From NCBI GenBank assembly GCA_029856145.1, contig JAHQWK010000012.1, positions 32,001 through 96,000 of the forward strand: a DNA stretch of 64,000 nucleotides. The letters are read 5' to 3'. Both the position numbers and the translations under genes were made by a program. How positions within the stretch are numbered: position 1 is the first letter of the stretch; every line of letters starts with the position of its first letter. Below, in pieces: positions 19,100 to 30,105 of this stretch. The stretch comes from Promethearchaeia archaeon. Lineage in GTDB: Archaea > Asgardarchaeota > Lokiarchaeia > Sigyniarchaeales > SOKP01. Under the pieces are notes generated by a model, which ran no database searches, was not told where the DNA came from, and was given only the letters and a program-made list of their open reading frames with translations.

Positions 19100-21979
19100 A
19101 TGATTAAGATGTCATTATCTGAGAAACAAAATGAAGTCTATTATTATAATCAACCAATTGAGGATTTAGTAAAAAATTTTAATACTAATATTGAGAAAGG
19201 ATTAAATTCCTCCGAATTACATGAAAGATATCAAAAATCAGGGTATAACGAATTACCAAAAATTAAAAAATCTATTTGGAAAATTTATCTTGCTCCAATC
19301 TTCAATTTTTTAATTGTTATTCTCATTATTGCTGGGATTATAATTGTAATATTAGGGTCTCCAAGTGAAACAATAATAACTTTCACAGTAGTGATAATTA
19401 ACTCAATTACAGCTATAGTTCAACAATTTCGTGCACAAAAAGCTCTAGAATCCTTAAGAGAAATCTCTGCCTTAAAAGCAACCGTTTTAAGAGACGGAAA
19501 GCAGATCGAAATTAGAACAAAAGAATTGGTTCCAGGAGATATCGTAATGTTAAGCCAAGGAGATAAAATACCAGCAGATAGTAGAATAATTGAATTTATG
19601 GATTTTAGTGTTGATGAAGCTCCTCTCACAGGAGAGAGCGAACCTGTAGAGAAAAATAGTTATATTATAGAGAAAAAAGATATACACCTCCAAAATCAAT
19701 CAAATATGATATTTATGGGAACATATGTACGAACAGGAAGGGCTAAAGGATTAATTACAGGAACAGGCGTAAAAACGGAAATTGGAAAAATTTCGCAGAC
19801 ATTAAATGAAATGGGAAGTATTGAAGATATTCCATTAACCAGAAAGTTAAATCGTTTAGGGTATATTCTCGGAACGATTGTGATAATAAATCTTATTATA
19901 TTATTAACTTCTAAACTAATGATTCTAGGTATTGAAGGGAATTTGATCCAAAATGAAATAATTGAAGCAATTACAGATTCAATAATTAGGTCAATGAATA
20001 TAGTACCCATAAATTTACCTTTACTTTCAACTCTAGTTCTTATTACAGGCGTTTTAATCATGGCTCAAAGTGGAGTAATTATTAAAAATTTGTCCGCTAT
20101 CGAATCTCTTGGACGAGTATCGGTTATTTGTTCTGATAAAACAGGAACTATCACCAAAAATGAAATGACAGTGGAAAAGTTCTGGATAAATGATCAAGAA
20201 TATGAAGTTTCAGGATCTGGATATGATGCTACTGATGGTTTAATCTTTCAGAACCACAAACCAATTAATTTAACTGAAAACGAGACATTCATGAAGTTTC
20301 TTAACTCTATAGTAATAAATAATAATGCTCGTTTAGAATTTGAAGATATTAAAGTTAGATTAAAGAATATTAAAGAAAAGGCGGTAAGAAGGGCGCTAGG
20401 GTCCCCCACAGAAGCGGCATTATTAGTATTAACTGAGAAAGCTGGTTTACATCCTTATGATATTAAAAATAATTATATAATTACTAAAGAATTTTCATTT
20501 AGTTCTGAAGATAAAAGAATGACAACTATATGTAAGCCTTTGGGAGATAAGGATGAAATTTTTGCCTTTTCAAAAGGCGCACCTGAAAGAGTGTTAGAAG
20601 TATCTTCACAAATTGAAATTAACGGAATTTTGAAGGATCTTAACCAGATATATAAAGACTCAATTCTAGATAAAATCGATGAGCGAGCAAATCAAGGCTT
20701 TAGAACTTTAGCAATTGCATATAAAAAATTAAATAAGATTGATGATCTAAAAAGAGAAGAAGTTGAAAATAATTTAGTTTTCTTAGGTTTTGTTTCTATT
20801 ATGGATCCTCCACGACCAGGAGTTAAAAAATCTGTTGAAGAGTGCCAAAATGGAGGTGTAAAAGTAATAATGGTCACAGGAGACCATCCAGCAACAGCAA
20901 AAACTATTGCATCACAGATGGGGATTTTTAGAGAAGGAGATTTGGTCGCAACAGGCAATCAAATAGAAAATATTCCTCTCTCAGAATTCAATAAAACATC
21001 AGTATTTGCTCGAGTTGAACCTAATGATAAACAAGTAATAGTAGAGACTTATCAAAAACAAAAATTAATATGTGCTATGACAGGGGATGGCATCAATGAT
21101 GCTCCTGCTTTAAAACTAGCAAATGCAGGAGTTGCGATGGGGATTACTGGTACCGATCTTGCTAAAGAAGCCTCTGATATGGTAATTACAGATGATAATT
21201 TTTCTTCAATCAAACAAGGTGTTAAAACAGGAAGAGGAATCTTTGCTAAAATCAGGACAATTATTTTTTTCTTTATTTGCACTAATATTGTAGAAGGGAT
21301 AATATTTTTTACTTTCGAGCTTATAGCACCTTTCATAGGATTCGAACTTTTTGCATCAAACTGGCAACATATTTATATCTTTGGTATAGTCCATTCTCTT
21401 CCAGCTTTAGCTTTAGTAATTGATACACGTCCGAAGGATATAATGATTGAACCACCTAGAGACGAAGAAGAATTATTAAATAAGAATATGTGGATTATGC
21501 TATTAATTCAAGCTTTTCTAATTGGTTTAGGATTAATTCTTTCTTTGCAACTGACTTTAAATGGATTTATTCCATTAAATGAATGGAATTTAAACCCAAA
21601 TATTAGTTATATCGTCTCAGGACAAGAATTGGCTCAAAAAGCAAGAACAATGTTTATTACTACAATATTCATTGTTGAAACCAATTTCATATGGACCTTT
21701 AGAAGACCAAATAAATCTCTTTATAGAAGTATCAAAGAAGAATTAAGCCTTTCTTTATTGGTTATATGTTTATTTACGTTAGCCATACATATATTGTACA
21801 TTTGTTTTTCCCATATCGTTAATTTTTATGTGAATGATGTATTTGGGTTGAATCTACAGATAAATTTCATGTTTCTTAGTGGTACAGATTGGTTATTTTG
21901 TATTTTGCTAGCATTACCAGGAATAGTTGGTATTGAAATTTTTAAATACTTTGCTCGAGGTAGAAATATTCATTTTTAA
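19100..21979 (+). CDS. P-type ATPase, P2A-like scaffold with atypical transport site
   Basis: TGES, CSDKTGT, KGAPE, DPPR, MVTGD, TGDGINDAPALK. M4 reads PINLP instead of PEGLP. Confidence 0.95.
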   Translation: MIKMSLSEKQNEVYYYNQPIEDLVKNFNTNIEKGLNSSELHERYQKSGYNELPKIKKSIWKIYLAPIFNFLIVILIIAGIIIVILGSPSETIITFTVVIINSITAIVQQFRAQKALESLREISALKATVLRDGKQIEIRTKELVPGDIVMLSQGDKIPADSRIIEFMDFSVDEAPLTGESEPVEKNSYIIEKKDIHLQNQSNMIFMGTYVRTGRAKGLITGTGVKTEIGKISQTLNEMGSIEDIPLTRKLNRLGYILGTIVIINLIILLTSKLMILGIEGNLIQNEIIEAITDSIIRSMNIVPINLPLLSTLVLITGVLIMAQSGVIIKNLSAIESLGRVSVICSDKTGTITKNEMTVEKFWINDQEYEVSGSGYDATDGLIFQNHKPINLTENETFMKFLNSIVINNNARLEFEDIKVRLKNIKEKAVRRALGSPTEAALLVLTEKAGLHPYDIKNNYIITKEFSFSSEDKRMTTICKPLGDKDEIFAFSKGAPERVLEVSSQIEINGILKDLNQIYKDSILDKIDERANQGFRTLAIAYKKLNKIDDLKREEVENNLVFLGFVSIMDPPRPGVKKSVEECQNGGVKVIMVTGDHPATAKTIASQMGIFREGDLVATGNQIENIPLSEFNKTSVFARVEPNDKQVIVETYQKQKLICAMTGDGINDAPALKLANAGVAMGITGTDLAKEASDMVITDDNFSSIKQGVKTGRGIFAKIRTIIFFFICTNIVEGIIFFTFELIAPFIGFELFASNWQHIYIFGIVHSLPALALVIDTRPKDIMIEPPRDEEELLNKNMWIMLLIQAFLIGLGLILSLQLTLNGFIPLNEWNLNPNISYIVSGQELAQKARTMFITTIFIVETNFIWTFRRPNKSLYRSIKEELSLSLLVICLFTLAIHILYICFSHIVNFYVNDVFGLNLQINFMFLSGTDWLFCILLALPGIVGIEIFKYFARGRNIHF

Positions 21980-22102
21980 ATTTCTCTTAGATAGAAATAT
22001 TTAATTTTTTAAATCATGATTATTATAGGTTATTTATTATATTGATAAGAATTTTGAATTCACTTATCATTAATTATTCTTAAAAATTGTGGAAGAACCA
22101 CT

Positions 22103-24991
22103 ATGGAATCTACAGAAAAGAATTACTATAATCTTCAATTAGAGCAAATTTATGAAAAATTTCAAGCTAACCCTGATAAAGGTTTAACTGAAAAAGAAGC
22201 TAATAAGAGATTAGAAAAATATGGTTTTAATGAAATCCCCAAAGTATCAAAAGGTTTTATTAAAATCTATTTAGCGCCACTGTTCAACTGGTTAATAGTT
22301 ATTTATCTAATTGGATCTTTGATTTTATTTTTAGCAGCGATCTTTGGAGGAGAAGGAAATCTATTCTTTGTTGGCTTAACTTTAGGAGTTGTATTACTGA
22401 ATTGTATAGTTGCAATTATTCAACAATATAGAGCAACAAAAAAGTTAAAGGCTTTACGTGAGTTAACTGCTCCTACTTCAACTATAATTAGAGATGACCA
22501 AAAGAAAGAAATTCCGACTAAAGAAATAGTTGTAGGAGATTTATTAGAACTAAATCAAGGTGATAAAATACCAGCAGATGCTAGAATTATTGAATCGTAT
22601 AACATGGTGGTAAATGAAGCCTCATTAACTGGAGAATCTGAGCCTGTAAGAAAATCAGAATCGGGAAAACCATTACATAAAAAAGAGATTTCAATAGGAG
22701 AACGCAGTAATATGGTATTTTATGGTACTTACATTAGTACAGGAAATGGTAAATCAATTGTTGTAAAAACTGGGGGAGATACTGAAATTGGTAAAATTTC
22801 TCATGGGTTAGAAGAAGCTGGTACAAGCGAGATTCCAATACGACAGAAAATGAACCATTTTGGAAAATGGCTGGGTTTAATAATTTTTATCTTTTGGTTT
22901 ATTACATTGATAATTCTTTGGGTAGCAAGAGGGTATGTTGATATAGTAGGAAGTATGAATTCTGCTCTCGATTTGATGCCCCTTAATATTCCGCTGCTTT
23001 CAACTATTGTTTTGATAACAGGAGTCTTAGCTATGGCACATCATGGTGTTATTATAAGAAACCTCGCTTCAGTTGATAGTTTAGGCCGTGTAAGTGTAGT
23101 TTGTTCGGATAAAACTGGCACTTTAACTAAAAACCAGATGTCTATACAGCATATTTGGACAAATGGGTCAATATTTAGAGCTACTGGTAGTGGGTATGCT
23201 CCAGATGGAGATATTATTTTAATGGATGATGTAAAAAATCCTCTTTATGTTAAACACATGGATGAATACCCTTATCTGAAATTATTGTTAACAGCAGGCT
23301 TTTTAAATAACAATTCAGCATTGATTAAAAATGAAATTGAAATTTCGGGTAGAATAATTCCCAAATGGGATGTCGTTGGTTCTCCTACAGAAGGAGCACT
23401 AATGGTTTTATTTCAGAAAGGTATGGGTGATTATCTTCTCGATGATTTTGAAGCGATTACTGAATATCCTTTCGATTCTTCAGTAAAGAGAATGACTAAA
23501 CTTTATAAACGAGAACAGTCATATTATTCATTTACAAAAGGAGCAAGTGAAGTTCTAATCCCACTTTGTACAAAGATCTTATATAATGATAGTGAGATCG
23601 AATTCAATGAACAAATTAAAAACAAAGTAATGGAAATTGTAAATCTTTATGCAAATCAAGGTTATAGAATATTAAGTCTGTGCTATAAAGTAATGGATAT
23701 AATTCCACCTGAAGGAGATGAAGGAAGAAAAGTAAGTGAATCAAATATGGTTTACATTGGTTTTGTAACAATTCTGGATCCTCCAAGAGAAGGAGTTAAA
23801 GAATCTGTAAATCAATGTCATGAAGCGGGTGTGGATGTTATAATGATCACAGGAGACTCTCCTGCTACTGCGCGCGCGATTGCTTCACAAATTGCTATTG
23901 CAACAGATGAGAATAAAACTGCTGTAGAAGGTAAAATGGTTAAGGATATTGAGTCATATGAAGAATTCAATCCAATTAGAGTATTTGCAAGAGTTTCTCC
24001 TGAACATAAAGAGGATATTGTTGAAAAATATCAAGAACAAAAAAAAGTAGTCGCGATGACTGGAGATGGTGTAAATGATGCTTTGGCACTAAATATGGCT
24101 GATGTAGGAATCGCAATGGGTATTACGGGAACGGATGTAGCTAAAGAAGCTTCCGATATGGTCATTTCAGATGATTCTTTTAATTCAATTGTTACAGGAA
24201 TCCATCAAGGAAGAGGAATATTCGCAAGAATTCGTGCTGTTGTCTTCTTTTATATTTGTATTAACATTTTTGAGGGAATAGTACAATTTATTTTATTTGT
24301 AATTTTGGAATTGCCATATTTCTTAAATGAAGCCTTTTATTTCCAATGGATATTTCTCACCATAACAGTTCATACATTTCCAGGATTAATCCTTACTTTT
24401 GATACTATTTCTAAAGATGTTATGAAAGAAAAACCACGGGATTCTGAAGAGATTCTTTCAAAAAATACATTTGGATTATTATTTATATTTGGTATTCTAC
24501 TTGCAATAAGTATGGTTATTGTTTATTCTATAACTATGAGCGGAATATATCCAGTTGTTCCTGGAAATTATCCCCAAGATTATCTTTATTTCATTAAAGA
24601 CCCTGAATTAATACCCCCCGATATTTTTGGGTTACCAATAGAAGAAATTAGAAAAATCGGAAAAACATTAACCATGCTGATGGTAACGTTATTTTTCTGT
24701 GAGACTTTTCTTGTAATTCAGATTAGACGGCCGAATAAATCCTTAATTAAGAGTCTAATTGAAGATCGAAATAAATTTATGTTTTTTCTAATTGGCTTTT
24801 TATTTTTTGTGTTGATCGCTTTAATATATATTCCCGGTGTTCAAGTTACATTAGCATCATGGGGTATTAATTTTATGTTCATGTTTTTGACAGGTTTAGA
24901 TTGGTTAGTGTGCTTCTCAATTTCATTAATCTGTATTGTTTCCTTTGAGATTGTCAAATTTGGCGCCCGTAAAATGGATATAAAGTTCTAA
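22103..24991 (+). CDS. P-type ATPase, P2A-like scaffold with atypical transport site (tandem paralogue)
   Basis: TGES, CSDKTGTLT, KGASE, DPPR, MITGD, TGDGVND. M4 reads PLNIP. Confidence 0.95.
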   Translation: MESTEKNYYNLQLEQIYEKFQANPDKGLTEKEANKRLEKYGFNEIPKVSKGFIKIYLAPLFNWLIVIYLIGSLILFLAAIFGGEGNLFFVGLTLGVVLLNCIVAIIQQYRATKKLKALRELTAPTSTIIRDDQKKEIPTKEIVVGDLLELNQGDKIPADARIIESYNMVVNEASLTGESEPVRKSESGKPLHKKEISIGERSNMVFYGTYISTGNGKSIVVKTGGDTEIGKISHGLEEAGTSEIPIRQKMNHFGKWLGLIIFIFWFITLIILWVARGYVDIVGSMNSALDLMPLNIPLLSTIVLITGVLAMAHHGVIIRNLASVDSLGRVSVVCSDKTGTLTKNQMSIQHIWTNGSIFRATGSGYAPDGDIILMDDVKNPLYVKHMDEYPYLKLLLTAGFLNNNSALIKNEIEISGRIIPKWDVVGSPTEGALMVLFQKGMGDYLLDDFEAITEYPFDSSVKRMTKLYKREQSYYSFTKGASEVLIPLCTKILYNDSEIEFNEQIKNKVMEIVNLYANQGYRILSLCYKVMDIIPPEGDEGRKVSESNMVYIGFVTILDPPREGVKESVNQCHEAGVDVIMITGDSPATARAIASQIAIATDENKTAVEGKMVKDIESYEEFNPIRVFARVSPEHKEDIVEKYQEQKKVVAMTGDGVNDALALNMADVGIAMGITGTDVAKEASDMVISDDSFNSIVTGIHQGRGIFARIRAVVFFYICINIFEGIVQFILFVILELPYFLNEAFYFQWIFLTITVHTFPGLILTFDTISKDVMKEKPRDSEEILSKNTFGLLFIFGILLAISMVIVYSITMSGIYPVVPGNYPQDYLYFIKDPELIPPDIFGLPIEEIRKIGKTLTMLMVTLFFCETFLVIQIRRPNKSLIKSLIEDRNKFMFFLIGFLFFVLIALIYIPGVQVTLASWGINFMFMFLTGLDWLVCFSISLICIVSFEIVKFGARKMDIKF

Positions 24992-25080
24992 AACTCTCAA
25001 TTTTTTCTTTTATTCTTTTAAAAATCTTAAATCTAAATAAAACAATTAATTTTTTATTTTGACATTAATTTCTTTCTTCT

Positions 25081-25626
25081 ATGTTAAGAGGAGAGAGAGT
25101 AAAATTATGTCCTATTAAAAGGGAATATATAGAATTCTTTCTTAAATGGTTTAACGATCCAGAAATTACTCAATATCTTGTACAATATCGTCCAATGACT
25201 CGAATGATGGAAGAAGAATGGATGGAGAATCTTAAAAACCGTAAGGATAATATTCATTTGTCTATTGTAATTCCTCATGATGATGGTTCAGAAAAGCTAA
25301 TTGGAAATTGCGGACTACATAATATTGACTGGAAAAATAGAGTGGCTGAAGCTGGAATAGTTATTGGAGAAAAAGAATATCAAAGTAAAGGATTTGGAAC
25401 TGAGGCGATGGAATTATTATTAGATTATGGTTTTAAAACTGTGAATTTAAACAGAATCGAATTATATACATATGCTTTTAATGTTCGAGCTTTAAAATCT
25501 TATAAAAAAGTTGGATTTATAGAAGAAGGAAGAAAAAGACAATTTATCTGGTCTAATGGAAGATATCATGATGCAATAATGATGGGGATTTTAGCAGAAG
25601 AATGGAGTGAGAGAAAAAAAAAATAG
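25081..25626 (+). CDS. RimJ/RimL-type GNAT acetyltransferase
   Basis: IDWKNRVAEAGIVIGEKEYQSKGFGTEA and YKKVGFIEEG. Confidence 0.9.
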   Translation: MLRGERVKLCPIKREYIEFFLKWFNDPEITQYLVQYRPMTRMMEEEWMENLKNRKDNIHLSIVIPHDDGSEKLIGNCGLHNIDWKNRVAEAGIVIGEKEYQSKGFGTEAMELLLDYGFKTVNLNRIELYTYAFNVRALKSYKKVGFIEEGRKRQFIWSNGRYHDAIMMGILAEEWSERKKK

Positions 25627-25636
25627 GTAAAAATGG

Positions 25637-26719
25637 TTATCTTTCCAATTCTTTAAAGTAGGGGATAATTTCATCCCGAAAGATTTCATAAACCCGATTA
25701 ACGTCAGGACCTCGGTTCATAAGAATCATTGAAGTCGCGCCTGCTTCTTTAAATTTTTCTATACTTGAAATAACATCATCTGTAGAACCTAAACAGTTAG
25801 TATCTTGAAGGATTGTTTCAGGAAGGTTATCTACACATGATAATTGCTCATTAATATCCTTTACTTGCATGTCAAAATTATGAATTGTATAATCCGTTGG
25901 AAGACATAAATCGGGGTATATTTGATTAGTTTTTGTTGGATTCAGAACATATGAAACTCTAAAGAATTCACAGCGTTTAACAGCATTTTCCGGAGTTTTA
26001 TTATCTATAGCCACAAAGCAATTATAAGTATAATCAATTTCTTCTGGATTTCGACCTATTTTTTTAGCTGCATCAACAATTTCTTTTTTATTTTCTTTAA
26101 ATGTTTTAGGTGACTCTACAAAGGGATACCATCCATCTCCTAATTCACCAGTCATTTGACGAGTTTTAGGACCGTTTGCTGCAATATATATAGGAGGAGT
26201 ATTTTGAATAGGTTTAACTTGGATATAAGCGCGGCGTATATTACCCCAGAAATCACTTTTTCTACTTACTTTGCGTTTTGTCCAAAAATCTCTTAATAAC
26301 TCAATATATTCTCTTAATTTCGTTATAGATTTATCACGATTCAATCCATACATATCAACATTCATTTTTTCACCTGCACCGAGACCTATCATAGCTCTTC
26401 CATTTGAAATTTGGTCGAGAGTAGCAACTTTTTGAGCCATTAGTGCAGGATGAAACCGATGAGGATCAGAAACACCAGTACATAATTTAGCTTTAGTAGT
26501 GATCATTGCGATTGAGGTGAGAAACATAAAAGCATCAAAACAAGTACCTGGTCCTGGAGGTAGCATTACTGTATGATCTGCATAAAATACATATTCAAAA
26601 CCGCATTGCTCGGCTTTTTTAGCTCCTTCATACATATAATCAAGCCGAGGGGTGGGAACTGGGATTGAAAATCCAAACTTCATAATAATTAAAATTGTTT
26701 GAATCTTAAAAACTTCCAT
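25637..26719 (-). CDS. LLM-class (luciferase-like, probably F420-dependent) oxidoreductase
   Basis: ADH, HPALMAQKVATLDQISNGR, GLGAGE, ELGDGW. The true start may be the downstream Met (MKFGFS). Confidence 0.9.
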   Translation of the reverse strand: MEVFKIQTILIIMKFGFSIPVPTPRLDYMYEGAKKAEQCGFEYVFYADHTVMLPPGPGTCFDAFMFLTSIAMITTKAKLCTGVSDPHRFHPALMAQKVATLDQISNGRAMIGLGAGEKMNVDMYGLNRDKSITKLREYIELLRDFWTKRKVSRKSDFWGNIRRAYIQVKPIQNTPPIYIAANGPKTRQMTGELGDGWYPFVESPKTFKENKKEIVDAAKKIGRNPEEIDYTYNCFVAIDNKTPENAVKRCEFFRVSYVLNPTKTNQIYPDLCLPTDYTIHNFDMQVKDINEQLSCVDNLPETILQDTNCLGSTDDVISSIEKFKEAGATSMILMNRGPDVNRVYEIFRDEIIPYFKELER

Positions 26720-26803
26720 GTTCTCCTTACATTTGGGTTAGATTTTAAACTAAAAGGGCAAGCTATAAATTATTATTAGATAATATATTTTTAGAATCAA
26801 TTT

Positions 26804-27949
26804 TTGGAAAGTGATATTATGGATATTAGTGATATAAAAATTGGTACTGAAGGAAGTTTCATTGGCCCTCTTGAAAAAGGAATTGCCCAAGTAAAAAGGA
26901 TAGAAGAGAACGGGTATGATTCGGTATGGTTTGCGGACCATTTGATGGGATGGACACCAGATAGTATATGGACACCTGATATTCTTAGAGCTGCTGAATT
27001 TGTAGATAGCCCACATATATTTCATGAAGTATATTCAGTCATGGCTGCTGCTGCTTGGAATACAAATAAAATTAAACTAGGTACAAGCGTGACTGAAACC
27101 TTTCGAAGACATCCTGCTGTTTTAGCTCAAACATTACTAACCCAAGATCACATCTCAAAGGGAAGAGTAATATTAGGTATCGGAGCTGGAGAAGGTGAAA
27201 ATGTAGTACCTTATGGTATTAAATGGGAGAATCCTGTAGGTAGATTAGACGAATCTATTCAAATAATTAAGTTATTGTGGAAGAGCGATAAGAAAGTAAA
27301 CTTTGATGGAAAATTTTGGAAATTGAAAAATGCTGTTCTTAACCTGAAACCATTCGAAAAAGGTAAATATCCTCCTATTTGGATAGCTGCACATGGACCC
27401 AAAATGCTTGATTTAACCGGAAGATTAGGGGATGGTTGGTTACCTGCATATTCTGATCCAGAATCATATAAATTTAGACTAAATCATATCAAAAATTCAG
27501 CAAAAAAAGCAAACAGAGATCCAAATGAAATTGTCCCAGCACTATTTAGTTTCCTACTAATCGATGAAGAACATAATGTCTGTGATGATATGCTTGAAAA
27601 CCCCGTAATTAAAAATCAACTATTAACTATGCCTCCTTCAATGTATAAAAAGTATGGAGCAATTCATCCTTTTGGAGAAGATTTTTATGGACTACTTGAA
27701 TATATCCCGACAGAATATGATAGAAAAACAGTATTAGAAGCAATAGATAAAATCCCCGCAAAAATGTGTGATGATAATACTTTACATGGGACACCTGATG
27801 AAGTTATCAGTAAAATTGAAGAATATGCTAAAGTGGGTCTAAAACATATTGTTTTTTATAATACAACTTATTTAGCGGATATTACTAAAATTAAAAGTTC
27901 ATTTGGCTTATTGAAAAAAGTCCTGCAATATTTTCACGATGAGAAGTAG
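26804..27949 (+). CDS. LLM-class (luciferase-like, probably F420-dependent) oxidoreductase
   Basis: WFADH, RHPAVLAQ, GIGAGE, GDGWLP. The start is probably the ATG near 26819. Confidence 0.9.
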   Translation: MESDIMDISDIKIGTEGSFIGPLEKGIAQVKRIEENGYDSVWFADHLMGWTPDSIWTPDILRAAEFVDSPHIFHEVYSVMAAAAWNTNKIKLGTSVTETFRRHPAVLAQTLLTQDHISKGRVILGIGAGEGENVVPYGIKWENPVGRLDESIQIIKLLWKSDKKVNFDGKFWKLKNAVLNLKPFEKGKYPPIWIAAHGPKMLDLTGRLGDGWLPAYSDPESYKFRLNHIKNSAKKANRDPNEIVPALFSFLLIDEEHNVCDDMLENPVIKNQLLTMPPSMYKKYGAIHPFGEDFYGLLEYIPTEYDRKTVLEAIDKIPAKMCDDNTLHGTPDEVISKIEEYAKVGLKHIVFYNTTYLADITKIKSSFGLLKKVLQYFHDEK

Positions 27950-27955
27950 AAGAGG

Positions 27956-28801
27956 TTGATAGACTTGTATATTGATTGTCATGCTCACATATTTTTTAGC
28001 CCGATCCCTAAAGAAGCTATTGATAAAGATATCAAGGGTGAAATACCGACACCTACCATAGACTTTATAAATAGAATGATATCTAATGCAAAAAAAAAAG
28101 GAGTAAGCCATATTGTTGGAGTTATTAGTAATCCAGACGAGTTCCCAAGATATAAAGAACAATTGAAGCTTGAAAATATTATAAATATTATTGGTATCTC
28201 AAGAAATAAATCGCTAGAAGACCAAGCATATATGATTTCGTTATTAAGAAAGGAAATTGAGAGAAAAATACCTCATGGGATCGGAGAGATTGGATTGGAA
28301 TATCCCTATGATTTTGATAAGTTAAAGGAACATGAAGAAAAAGAAATTAAGAAAAGACAGCAGGAATTATTTAGAAAACAAATTCAAATTGCTAAAGAAA
28401 TTGCGATTCCTATTGTCGTTCATGCTGGATATGGTACAGATAAAGATATTGTGAAAATGTTAAAACAAGAAAAAGCAGATGATGTAGGGGGCCAAATTCA
28501 TGGCTATATGTCTAATAAAGAGTTAGTTAGTGAATTACTTGATCTAGGCTTTTACTTTTCGTTTGGATATTTCCATCCGAGAGAAGAGGAATTACGAACG
28601 ATTATTGAGATAACTCCAATAGAAAAGATCCTTATTGAAACAGATTCTCCATATCATCTAATAGAATCTCCTAAAAGATTTATTCTTCCAGAGGATGTGG
28701 TGCCAATTACAAAGGAAATTGCTAAATTAAAAGAAGTTAATCCTAAAACTTTTGCTAACCAGGTAATGAAGAATAGTAAGGAACTTTTTAATTTCAATTA
28801 A
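27956..28801 (+). CDS. TatD family hydrolase
   Basis: IDCHAH, GIGEIGLE, VVH, ETDSPY. Confidence 0.9.
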   Translation: MIDLYIDCHAHIFFSPIPKEAIDKDIKGEIPTPTIDFINRMISNAKKKGVSHIVGVISNPDEFPRYKEQLKLENIINIIGISRNKSLEDQAYMISLLRKEIERKIPHGIGEIGLEYPYDFDKLKEHEEKEIKKRQQELFRKQIQIAKEIAIPIVVHAGYGTDKDIVKMLKQEKADDVGGQIHGYMSNKELVSELLDLGFYFSFGYFHPREEELRTIIEITPIEKILIETDSPYHLIESPKRFILPEDVVPITKEIAKLKEVNPKTFANQVMKNSKELFNFN

Positions 28802-28804
28802 TTT

Positions 28805-29137
28805 TTAGAAAACTGTAGTATGTTTTAGAAACACATTTTTTATCCTTTTCAACATCGATCCTTCTGCACCCCATGTTACTCCTAATAATCCATGTCTTCC
28901 TCCTGCAACAACAATAACAATTTGATATCTATTCTCATCAATAGGATCAATTATTATTGTCGCTGCTAAATTTGATTCAATTCTAAAATAAAATTTTTCG
29001 GCTACAAGTACAATTGTACCACCATTATTCGTTTCGTATCGAGACAGAGTATTAGTCTCTTGGCGAATATCTGCAATTATGCCATCTAATTCCATTCGGT
29101 TAATTATAAATTTATCACTTTCCATTTTTAAACTCAA
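28805..29137 (-). CDS. Hypothetical protein (DUF6054-like)
   Basis: EKFYFRIES...AGG...WGAE pattern recalled for DUF6054. Confidence 0.6.
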   Translation of the reverse strand: MSLKMESDKFIINRMELDGIIADIRQETNTLSRYETNNGGTIVLVAEKFYFRIESNLAATIIIDPIDENRYQIVIVVAGGRHGLLGVTWGAEGSMLKRIKNVFLKHTTVF

Positions 29138-29236
29138 TTTGATTGTTTAAGCCCTTAGGTTAAATATAAAATTTTAGGATTAAAAACTTAATGTTTGTGT
29201 GAAGGATAGATTTAGCATTGATTAATATAAAAAAAA

Positions 29237-30034
29237 CTATTTAAATCCCTGACAGAAAGCATCCACATTTTTGGGCAATACAGAATGATTATATCCTCCT
29301 TCAAGTAAGGCATAACGTCTCCCTTTACATAAGTTTTCTGAATATTGTTTCATTAGCCTACCTAATTCAGTATAATCTTCGGGATATAATTTATGTCCCC
29401 AATCGTCAATGCCTTCATCGAATCCAGCGCTAGCTACAAATATATCGATATTATCTAGGTTTTTCATATAAGATTTGACTTCTTTGATATAACCTGTCCT
29501 CCCACTTGAATAAGGATTAAGAATCTTTACTTTAAAATCATCATTTCTATTAGTTAATATATTTATATTTCCATCCCCCGTGTGAAGATCAAAATCAAGT
29601 ACAAAAGCTGACTTGATTTTTTTTTCAGAATAGAGCTTTAAAAGGCTTATACTAATGTTATTGAAGTAACAGAAGCCCCAACATGAGTCTGACGAGGCAT
29701 GATGACCCGGAGGTCTTATTACCGCAAAAACTGGACTACCCTTAAATGCTTCTTCAGCAGCCATTATTGCTCCACCAGCAGCTAATGAAGCTAATTCATA
29801 TAATAACGAATTACTTTTTATGTTTTGAAGATGCCTTTTGGTATGAACTCTTAGAATAACTTCATCTGTTGCAGGATTCGGGGTTATAATCTCATATTCT
29901 TTGTTTTCTGAGATCACTTTCATAATACCTTCCAAGCGCCCCACGGCTGCAGCTGGGTCCCAAGCATACTCAGAATTATAATATTTTTCATGAAATACAA
30001 TTTTCATAGTTTTTTCATCAATATTTAATTGCAT
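29237..30034 (-). CDS. Histone deacetylase family (Zn-dependent) protein
   Basis: RPPGHHA, GFCYFNN, DFDLHTGDG, SAGFD, LEGGY. Confidence 0.93.
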   Translation of the reverse strand: MQLNIDEKTMKIVFHEKYYNSEYAWDPAAAVGRLEGIMKVISENKEYEIITPNPATDEVILRVHTKRHLQNIKSNSLLYELASLAAGGAIMAAEEAFKGSPVFAVIRPPGHHASSDSCWGFCYFNNISISLLKLYSEKKIKSAFVLDFDLHTGDGNINILTNRNDDFKVKILNPYSSGRTGYIKEVKSYMKNLDNIDIFVASAGFDEGIDDWGHKLYPEDYTELGRLMKQYSENLCKGRRYALLEGGYNHSVLPKNVDAFCQGFK

Positions 30035-30105
30035 TTAAAAAAGTATATGATGAATATTATTTTAATTATTTTTTTAAATTAAAAAGCAGTTTTAGGAAAA
30101 TTGAA

